Part shown: one piece after another, positions 20,354 through 27,862 of the stretch
Numbering within the stretch: the stretch's first letter is position 1
Layout of the letters: each line of letters starts with the position of its first letter
NCBI GenBank assembly: GCA_016713535.1
Contig: JADJOY010000027.1
Location: 141,026 to 205,025 of the forward strand
Direction of reading: 5' to 3'
Length of the DNA: 64,000 bases
From: Deltaproteobacteria bacterium
GTDB taxonomy: Bacteria > JADJOY01
Made by a program: the position numbers and the translations under genes
The notes under the pieces: model-generated
Told to the model about the DNA's origin: nothing
Seen by the model: only the letters and a program-made list of their open reading frames with translations
Database searches by the model: none

Positions 20354-20429
20354 CGCGATCGAGGAGGCAGAGCTTCACGCGAGCCGCCGCACGACGGAAC
20401 ATGGAACTACCGGACGGATACAATCCAGA

Positions 20430-21499
20430 AGTACGCAAACGCGTTTCGACACATTCTCTCCACGCTCCCAGATGCGTGCCGGGTCATCCTCTTCACGCAC
20501 GAGGTGTCGGCGGACAAGGCTCGGAGCTGGCTCAATGAGTTCGGTCTCACCGCCCGCACCGAGCTTGTGACCGCTCCGAACGCCATGAAGTTCACCGTCT
20601 GGGCAGAGGATGCGTACTGCATTTGCAAAGACGTCGCAGACGGGGAGACGTATTTTGTAGAACCAGCGAGCTTCAATCGCGCCGAAGATGCGTACATCGC
20701 CGATCGAGTTGCACCCAAGACCGATCTGGAGTCAACTCAGGTTCAACTGTACTTTCAGGGCGGAAACGTATTGATCGGGGATGATTTCTGGTTCATCGGA
20801 GCAGACTACCCTGCGCATTCCCTCGAACTCGGTTTCGTCGTACCGCAACCAGGGGAAACAGCGGCCCAGGCCATTGCGCGAGTCTACGGTTCGTTCATGG
20901 AGCGCAATCGTCGGCTCATCACTGTCGGGTCTCGAGTTCCCGTTCCCGCGATGCAGAAGCATCCGATTATGGTGAATGGCGAGTTGTGGCATGAGGTGCT
21001 CTACTTCGGCAATGCACAAGGAACCGTTCAGCCACTGTTTCATATCGACATGTTCGTAAGTCTCGTCGGGCGAGACGCCAATGGAACCTACACGGTGCTC
21101 GTAGGCAGCCCGGAGCTGGCTGCCAACGTGCTGGGGGAGCAGTTGCCAGAAGGCGCTATGCAAGACGTTTTCGACGACATTGCCGCCGGTCTGTCAGCTC
21201 TGGGGTTCAACGTCGTTCGTAATCCACTGCCAATGGCTTATGACGATGATGACTCTGAGAAGGTGCGGTACTGGTACTTTGCCACGGGCAACAACGTCTT
21301 GACGCAGGACAACCCAAAGAAGGTGTGGATTCCCACCTACGGCCACGGACACTGGGCCAAGTTTGCCGCGACCGATGCGGAAAACAGGCGGATTTGGGAA
21401 TCGCTCGGGTATGTCGTTGAGTTGTTGCCGGACTTTCATCCGTTTGCGGCCAACCTTGGTGCCGCGCATTGCATCAAGAAGTACCTTGCGCGCGCCTGA
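20430..21499 (+). pseudogene. 3' segment of the IS-interrupted pentein-fold (guanidino-group-modifying enzyme superfamily) gene
   Basis: KYANAFRHILSTL... contains TVWAEDAY, FQGGNVLIGDD, LFHIDMFVS and the C-terminal GAAHCIKKY. These echo the W-x-x-D, GG, H-x-D and G-x-HC-[IM] catalytic blocks of agmatine/arginine deiminase-type enzymes. Confidence 0.7.
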
Positions 21500-21517
21500 A
21501 CGGGCCGTGAGAAAGTG

Positions 21518-21577
21518 GCCTAACAACCGGTTGCAGCGGACGGCGCTCCGCGCCGCCGCTGAACCGGAGCGTTCGCT
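21518..21577 (+). other. attC-like recombination site (same family as 16409-16469)
   Basis: R'' GCCTAAC; CCGGTTgCAGCGGaCGGCGC pairs with GCGCCGCCGCTGAACCGG with the same two unpaired bases (G21533, A21540); R' GTTCGCT. The next ORF ATG follows 4 nt later. Confidence 0.75.
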
Positions 21578-21580
21578 CAC

Positions 21581-22108
21581 ATGAGACCTCCGTCTGATAT
21601 CGAGCGCCGCCGTGTTATCGACGGCATCGAGCAAGCATTCGGCAACGTCCGGCGCGGCGAAGGGACGACCCTTCATGAGACCGAGGTGCTCGACGACTAC
21701 GGCTCAGACCAAGAGTTAGCGGCGGCGCGCGCTCTCGACATCGACACTCGCTGGCAAGACGTAGCTGACGAGCTAATTGCGGAACACTCGGGTGCCCTGT
21801 GCTTTGTCGATCCTGCCGGATTTCGTTACTACATTCCGGCGTACATGCGATGGACTGTGAAGTATTTCGACGCAGGGACTGGTTCGGAATCTGCGCTTCA
21901 CACCGTCTTCGTGTTGACACCAAATCGCCGCTTCCAGGAGGACGGCGCAAAGCTCGAGCGATTTCGCGTGTTCAGCCGCGACGAAAGCCGTGTGATCTGC
22001 GAGTTCCTTCGCTTAATGGCAGAGCACGCAGACTTCTCGACGCAGGTGTTGGCGACAAATGCGCTCGAAGATTATTGGGGTCGTTTCTGCCAAGATCCGA
22101 GCGAATGA
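21581..22108 (+). CDS. hypothetical cytoplasmic protein (cassette ORF)
   Basis: 175-aa ORF (MRPPSDIERRRVIDGIEQAFGNVRRGEGTTLHETEVLDDYG...) with clean coding look and lower GC. I cannot assign a family with confidence. Confidence 0.6.
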   Translation: MRPPSDIERRRVIDGIEQAFGNVRRGEGTTLHETEVLDDYGSDQELAAARALDIDTRWQDVADELIAEHSGALCFVDPAGFRYYIPAYMRWTVKYFDAGTGSESALHTVFVLTPNRRFQEDGAKLERFRVFSRDESRVICEFLRLMAEHADFSTQVLATNALEDYWGRFCQDPSE

Positions 22109-22124
22109 GGCGTTGCGCTTGAAG

Positions 22125-22191
22125 GCACGCGCGCTGGCACGTGGTCTGACGGTCTAGTAGTCCAAGGCCGCTGCTGAGCTTTTCGTTCGGC
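22125..22191 (+). other. eroded attC-like site (3' half conserved only)
   Basis: GGCCGCTGCTGAGC-ttttc-GTTCGGC (22166-22191) closely matches the L'/R' half of the 17338-17429 site. The expected 5' arm is disrupted (GCGCTGgcacgtggtctgACGGTC). Confidence 0.4.
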
Positions 22192-22439
22192 GTACAACGC
22201 TGCAATGTCGCACTGTAGATCCGATCACCAAGTTCGATCCGCTCGCGATATTTTTCGCTACCTCGTACACCCTCGGGTTTCTCGCCCATTGCTGGGTATA
22301 CCGGCATCTGATCCGAAGCACGCCGAGCACGGCGGTGCAGCGGACGAACCGAGGGGTGTCCACTCGTGAGGCCGGCTAGCTCAACAGCCCGCCGTTGCAC
22401 GTCACGGTACGCGACAAGTCGACAGGAGGAGACCAGCCG

Positions 22440-22901
22440 ATGAACAAGGTGACACCGTTCCTGATGTTCGATGACCAGCTCGAAGCTGCGATCGCGTTCT
22501 ATACCGCCACTTTCCCCGACTCCGAGATCAGGACGGTTGCCCGTGCTGGCAAGGACGGCCCGATCACTTCTGCCGAGTTCGTCGTCGGTGGTCAGGTCTT
22601 CATGGGGTACAACGGCGGTTCATACTTCAAGTTCTCCGAGGGATTTTCGCTCTTCGTCGACTGCAAGGATCAGAGGGAGGTCGACGAATACTGGGACAAG
22701 TTCGTCAGCGCTGGCGCAACCCCATCGCAATGCGGATGGATCACCGATCCATTTGGCATCACCTGGCAGATCGTGCCGAGGCGTTTCATGGAGCTCATCG
22801 CCGACGAGAACCCGAAGAAGGTACAAGCCGTCATGAAAGCCATGATGACGATGGTGAAGCTCGACGTGGCGGTGCTGGAGCACGCCTATGATGCTGCCTA
22901 G
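22440..22901 (+). CDS. VOC-family protein (PhnB-like, 3-demethylubiquinone-9 3-methyltransferase-domain type)
   Basis: MNKVTPFLMFDDQLEAAIAFYTATFPDSEI...QCGWITDPFGITWQIVP...MMTMVKLDVAVLEHAY matches this widespread ~150-aa family end to end. An AGGAGGA ribosome-binding site lies 10 nt upstream. Confidence 0.85.
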   Translation: MNKVTPFLMFDDQLEAAIAFYTATFPDSEIRTVARAGKDGPITSAEFVVGGQVFMGYNGGSYFKFSEGFSLFVDCKDQREVDEYWDKFVSAGATPSQCGWITDPFGITWQIVPRRFMELIADENPKKVQAVMKAMMTMVKLDVAVLEHAYDAA

Positions 22902-23540
22902 CCGACGTTCGCCGCTCGAGTGAGGCACCCCATCAATCGTGCGTGCGGGGACTCGGACCGCGACGAGTGCAGTCCCGAAGCCAGGCGCATCGCCCCCGCG
23001 CTGGCAGCCTGCGGCTCTGTCAGCGAGGTGGCCGATCTCGTTCACCGGATCTTCGTGGCCATGTTCGATTCGCGCACCGCAGGCCCGCCCGAGCGCTATG
23101 CGCGGATTACAGCCAGCATCTGGGAGGAGATACTGGCCACCGGGCGCCCCAGCGAAATCGACACGCCCGCCGACGGCGACACCCCGCCGCTGACCTCTGC
23201 GTTCCGAGTCCGGCTGCGAGCCGGGAGGATTGGCAATAATGCCCCCCACCCTCCCCTCCGATCCTCGAACGGCGGTGCGAAGGGCCCGCATCCGGATGTG
23301 GCTCGACGAGGCCGCCTTCTGGGGAGTCTTGATCCTCATTCAGATTCCCGGGTACGAGAAGGTTGGCTGGTCGATCGTCGGGCTCTGGTTCGTATCACTG
23401 GCGGTGCGGAGCATCCCGTCGGGTGGGCTGATCCTGCGAACGACGTTGTGACCGGGGCGGCGGGGGAGTCGACCCTCGCGCTGCGCGCGGCGCGGCTCGC
23501 TGGAGGGGTGGGCTCGAGTGGAACGGCCCGAGATCGCGCC

Positions 23541-24017
23541 ATGACGAGCCGGTCGGTCCAGGTACGCCGGGCCACCTCGGACGACGTCGAGGCGCTCCTC
23601 GCGTTGATGCGGGACTTCTACGCCGAGTCCGGCTTCGCTCTCGATCCCGCATCGGCCGGGGCGGCGCTTCGATCGTTGCTCGCCAGCCCTTCGCTCGGAT
23701 GCATCTGGCTCGCGTTCGCGGACGACGTGGCGGTCGGACACGCGGTGCTCACGGTCCGCTTCACGATGGAGCACGAAGGGCTGAGCGGCTACGTCGACGA
23801 TCTCTACGTTCGACCCACGCACCGTCGTCAGGGCATCGCTCGAAGCCTCCTCGGCGAGTTGCTCGCCGAGTGCAGAGCGAGGCAATGCAACGCGCTTCAT
23901 GTCGAGGTCGGCGGATCGAACTCGGCGGCTCTCGCCCTCTACGCCGAGCTCGGTCTGCGCGCGTCCACCGATGGCCGCATCCTCGCGAGCGGACCGGTGG
24001 CCGGGGTCGGCGTCTGA
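23541..24017 (+). CDS. GNAT-family N-acetyltransferase
   Basis: MTSRSVQVRRATSDDVEALLALMRDFY... carries the acetyl-CoA motif VRPTHRRQGIARSLL. Only the C-terminal 158 aa of the listed 365-aa ORF are supported. Confidence 0.8.
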   Translation: MTSRSVQVRRATSDDVEALLALMRDFYAESGFALDPASAGAALRSLLASPSLGCIWLAFADDVAVGHAVLTVRFTMEHEGLSGYVDDLYVRPTHRRQGIARSLLGELLAECRARQCNALHVEVGGSNSAALALYAELGLRASTDGRILASGPVAGVGV

Positions 24018-24109
24018 GCGGATGCTCCGCCCGCAACCGACCGGCCGTGTTCCACGGTGGGCGAACGGGTTCAGCGATCCACGGGCTCGGCGATGCCGGC
24101 GCACGCGCG

Positions 24110-24594
24110 TCTCGCCGGGCACGCGACGCGTGCCCCTCCACGGCCTCTGGAGGCGCATGCTTCGTCGTGCGCCAGCGTCGAAAGCGCCACGCCCCGGCGC
24201 GACGGAGCGCGCCCCCAGACCAGGAATCGAGCGGCTGGAGGCGCCGCGGTCGCTCGCGGTGCGCGCCCGATCCCTGGGTCTACCGAGGGACCGTTGCGCC
24301 TCCAGCGGCCCGCCGGGAGGCGGGCCCTCCGGAGGACGGGGAGTGAACGCGGTCGCTGCGAGGATCCGCGCCGTCGCGGACGCAGGAGGCGGTGCGTGTC
24401 GCCGGGCACGCGACGCGTGCCCCTCCCGGTTTCTGGAGGCGCACGGTTCGTCGTGCGCCAAGCGTCGAAAGCGCCAACGCCCCGGTGCGACGGAGAGCCT
24501 GTGAAGAAATCGAGCGAGAGCGAAGCGCCGCGGGGGGCGGAGCCCCCGCGCTACGAACGCCTCGTAGCGACGGGGGTTCCATCCCCCGTCGCCG
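24110..24594 (+). repeat. modular hairpin-repeat cluster (two ~98-bp module-C copies, one GGCCCGCC hairpin, one REP-A core)
   Basis: TCGCCGGGCACGCGACGCGTGCCCCTCC...GCGTCGAAAGCGCCA.CGCCCCGG.GCGACGGAG occurs at 24110-24207 and 24398-24495. CGGCCCGCCGGGAGGCGGGCCCTCCGG lies at about 24307-24332. The REP-A core is at 24531-24594. Confidence 0.85.
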
Positions 24595-24710
24595 GCTTCG
24601 CACGGTTTCCGTGAGCGACCCAGATCGAAAGATTCACAGCCTCGGAGTTGCGCCCTCCAGACCAGCGACTCGAGCCGCTGTAGGCGCCGCGATCGCTCGC
24701 CCGCGCGGCC

Positions 24711-26936
24711 TTACTTGCTCGGGGTCTTGATGGTGATGGTGTTCGAGTTGGCCGAGCTGCCGGCCGAGTTGAGGGCGTAGACCCGGAAGTAATAGGTCTT
24801 GTTGCCGATCAGCCCGGTGTTGGTGAAGGTCGTGGTGTTCGGCGCCAGCGTCCCGAAGAGCAGGAACTTCTTGCCGTCGGTCGAGCGCATCACCTTGTAG
24901 TTGGTCTCGTTGGTGGCGTTGTCGGTCCAGGTGAGCGTCGCCTGGTTCTTGAGCACCGACGTCGCCAGCAGGTTGGTCGGCGCCTCCGGCGGCGCGAGCT
25001 TGGTGGTGGCGCTCACCACCGTGGTGTTCGCCGAGTCACCCGCCGAGTTGAAGGCGTGCACGCGGTAGTAGTACGTGGTCGACGAGCTCAGGCCCGCGTC
25101 GGCGAAGGTGGTGTAGTTGGCCGACACCGACGCCACCGCGGCGAAGGTCACGTTGTCCGCCGAGCGCTCGACCATGAAGCCGGTCTCGTTGCTCGAGCCG
25201 TCGGTCCAGCTCAGGTTGATGGCGCTCGACGAGGCGACCGTCGCGGTGAGCTTGGTGGGGGCGGCGGGCGCGGCCACCACGGCCGACGTGGTCGGCAGCG
25301 CGATCGTGCTCGCGTGCGCGGCGTCGAGGACGACCTGCACCGTCGCGGCAGTCGACACCGCCGTCGCCGACGTCGACAGCGACGAGCCGTCCTGCATGTT
25401 CTTGTCGAAGCGATCGAAGTTGGACGGCGCGACCAGCACCCGCAGCCGGTCACCGGCCGGGATGGTGAGCGCGACCGACGGCAGGTCGACGTCCACCGCG
25501 TAGATCGTTCCCGGCGTGAGCGGCTGCTTGGCCGTGTAACCGTTGCGCAGCGACACGCGCTTGATCGAGTCGACGATCAGCATCGAGGTGCCGTCGGGTC
25601 GGACGTCGGTGATGCGCACCGCCACGTCGGTGTCGGCCGCCGTGGACGTCACGTTGAGGTGGACCCGCGGGCGGCCGGTGATGGCGAGGGCGCTCGCGAG
25701 CGGCGCGGTCGTGAACGAGAGCACGTCCGCGCGCGCTTCGACCGGGCGCAGGTCGCACGGCCCGGTGGTGGCGGTCCTGTCTTCGAGGACCGCGCCGCAC
25801 AGGGTCGGCACCGGGTTGGCCGGATCGGCCACGTACGAGCGCGGCGTCTCGTTGGCGGCCGGCGCCGCCGACGCGAGGGTCGCATCGGCGCGCAGGTAAT
25901 ACGTCTGGGTCGAGGTGTTGCTCGGCGGCCAGCTCGGCGAGCTCGCCACCCGCGCTTCGTTGGTCTGGTAGTAGCGGTAGGTGGCGCGCTGGTCGTAGCC
26001 GTTGGCAACGGCGCGCATCTGGTAGTCGAAGAACTCGAGCGCGGCGTTCGACTGCAGCGTCGTCGCGTCGGGGAAGCTCAGCGAGCCCTGCTGGGTGTCG
26101 GTCACATGGCCATGGGTCCACGGGCCGATGAAGGCCTTCTGCTTTCCGGCCGCGCCCGCCGCGGCGCCGCTCTGGACGCGCTGCATCTCGGCGAGGGTGG
26201 AGTCGGTGAGGTGGTCGAACCAGCCCGACACGTGGAGCATCGGGATGTTGACCTTGTTGACTGGATTGGAGGTGCTCTCGACCTGCGACCACCAGGTGTC
26301 GTAGAGCGGATGCGCGCTCGACAGGTAGCCGTTGCCGAACGGCGAGTCGTTGCGGTTCTTGTAGTACACACCGCCGGGGTAGCTGAGCGAGTAGCTCTCC
26401 CGCCAGTAGTACTCGATCGGCACCGCCGCAACGAGGTGCGGCGGCGCCTCCTGAGCGGTCGCGAGGATGGCCGTGCCGAGGGCCGAGACGCCCCACGCGC
26501 CGACCTTGCCGTTCGAGAAGGTCTGCGCCGCGGCCCACTCGACCACGTCGTAGCCGTCCTGACCGCGGGTGGGCGCGCCCGAGTACTGCGCCGCCGCCGA
26601 GCCGAAGAAGCCGCGCCAGTCGACGAACACCCACGCGTAATACGGGTTCTTGAAGAGCGGGTCGGTGTTCTGGTCGATGGTGAAGATCGGTTCCCAGGTG
26701 CGGCGGTCGTAGGGGGTCTGCACCACGATCACCGGCCAGGGGCCGCGCGTGGCGGTCGGCGTATAGACGTCGGCGGCGAGGGTCTTGCCGTCGCGCATCG
26801 GGATCGCGACCGTGGTCTTGGTAGCCGCGGCATGGGCCTGAGTGGCGACGATCGTCAGCGCGAAGAGCGCCGCCAGCACGCGTCGGCGCTGTCCGGACGG
26901 CTCATGGATCGGGAGGCTGCGACGGATCGGGTTCAC
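24711..26936 (-). CDS. secreted CocE/NonD-family (S15) hydrolase with two C-terminal fibronectin type III domains
   Basis: Signal peptide RRRVLAALFALTIVATQAHA (GTG start at 26936), the serine elbow GVSALG and an Xaa-Pro dipeptidyl-peptidase-like core. Two FN3 repeats follow (...LSWTDGSSNETGFMVERS... and ...LTWTDNATNETNYKVMRS...). Confidence 0.85.
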   Translation of the reverse strand: MNPIRRSLPIHEPSGQRRRVLAALFALTIVATQAHAAATKTTVAIPMRDGKTLAADVYTPTATRGPWPVIVVQTPYDRRTWEPIFTIDQNTDPLFKNPYYAWVFVDWRGFFGSAAAQYSGAPTRGQDGYDVVEWAAAQTFSNGKVGAWGVSALGTAILATAQEAPPHLVAAVPIEYYWRESYSLSYPGGVYYKNRNDSPFGNGYLSSAHPLYDTWWSQVESTSNPVNKVNIPMLHVSGWFDHLTDSTLAEMQRVQSGAAAGAAGKQKAFIGPWTHGHVTDTQQGSLSFPDATTLQSNAALEFFDYQMRAVANGYDQRATYRYYQTNEARVASSPSWPPSNTSTQTYYLRADATLASAAPAANETPRSYVADPANPVPTLCGAVLEDRTATTGPCDLRPVEARADVLSFTTAPLASALAITGRPRVHLNVTSTAADTDVAVRITDVRPDGTSMLIVDSIKRVSLRNGYTAKQPLTPGTIYAVDVDLPSVALTIPAGDRLRVLVAPSNFDRFDKNMQDGSSLSTSATAVSTAATVQVVLDAAHASTIALPTTSAVVAAPAAPTKLTATVASSSAINLSWTDGSSNETGFMVERSADNVTFAAVASVSANYTTFADAGLSSSTTYYYRVHAFNSAGDSANTTVVSATTKLAPPEAPTNLLATSVLKNQATLTWTDNATNETNYKVMRSTDGKKFLLFGTLAPNTTTFTNTGLIGNKTYYFRVYALNSAGSSANSNTITIKTPSK

Positions 26937-27490
26937 GCGAAAGGCTCCTTGCGCCGCTTCGACGTCATGCGGGAAGCAACGGAGACAATTCCTTGAGCAA
27001 ACAGCGGGCCGCCTCGGACTTTTCTGACATTGGCGCCAACGGTTGCGCACCTCCTGCCCGTAGCGATGGCATTATCAATTAATAACAGCAAGTTACAACA
27101 CGGCTCGAGCCCCACACCCCTGTCCATCGGTGGGTGGATACCACCAGGGCAAGGTGACCTCGGTGCCCATATCCACCCGGGCCGATCGCCTGTCCGTCGA
27201 AATATTGCCCAATCTGATCAATATTTGACGATCGTCTCGGCCATCGTCACGATCATGGCGTAACGGTCCGTCGAGGGGTCACCAAGGGCGGGCGCCGCAC
27301 TCGACATCGGGGCGTTTGTAGAAACGGGAGCGGATGGCAAGTTCGGGAACACCCGAGCCCGATCAGCTAAGACAAACGATTTCAGCTGGTTGACGCCGTG
27401 CGTCGGGCGGCACATCGGTTGCTCGATCGGCCTCGAGTGGACCCGTGTCACCTCTCCTCGGGGCGCTCGAGGTTCACCGCAGGAGGCGAG

Positions 27491-27670
27491 ATGAGCCGCA
27501 CGCTCGATAAGGTGACGGGGCGAGCCAAGGAGGCCGCCGGGGTTTTGCTCGACGACCGGGAGCTCGCGCGCGAGGGTCGCATCGACCAGCACGCGGCCGA
27601 GCTCAAGGGTGCGATCGAGCGCGTCGTCGACGCCGTCCGGTCCCGCATCCAGCGCGAGCGCCACGAATGA
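27491..27670 (+). CDS. CsbD-family stress protein
   Basis: MSRTLDKVTGRAKEAAGVLLDDRELAREGRIDQHAAELKGAIERVVDAV..., with an AGGAGG ribosome-binding site at 27481-27486. Confidence 0.8.
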   Translation: MSRTLDKVTGRAKEAAGVLLDDRELAREGRIDQHAAELKGAIERVVDAVRSRIQRERHE

Positions 27671-27862
27671 GCCGCCGCCTTCGCCTTCGTGTTGCGTCCG
27701 GGACCGGAGGCTTCGGCGCCAGCGGCGCGCGGTCCACGGGGCTCGCCACCCCGGTGTTCGGCGCTCACCGCCGGCGCGCCACGGGACCCCCGCCGTGTCC
27801 GGACGACGAGACCCAGGCCGCGCTGCCGTTCGGTCCGGCCCCCACGAGCCAACGAGGAACGA

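Larger units (their letters stand above)
17729..20421 (-). mobile_element. IS66-family insertion sequence (2693 bp)
   Basis: The terminal inverted repeats are GTATCCGTCCGGTAGTCCCATG (17729-17750) and the reverse complement of 20400-20421 (21/22 identical). An 8-bp direct duplication AATCCAGA is present at 17721-17728 and 20422-20429. The tnpA-tnpB-tnpC gene set is present. Confidence 0.93.

Noticed and set aside
21972-22400. Minus-strand ORFs (142 and 69 aa) in the spacer between the orphan cassette ORF and the VOC gene
   Set aside because: They overlap attC debris and the end of the upstream gene. There is no ribosome-binding site and no family resemblance.
22920-23540. The N-terminal 207-aa extension of the GNAT ORF and the 73-aa ORF 23230..23451 with two hydrophobic segments
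   Set aside because: There is no family resemblance or convincing start context, and GNAT homology begins at 23541. The small ORF might be real, but support is too weak to report as a feature.
24030-24078. A possible short attC after the GNAT gene (CGCAAC ... GTTCAGC with a CCGTG/CACGG stem)
   Set aside because: The arm pairing is poor, there is no extrahelical-base pattern, and it does not resemble the three good sites.
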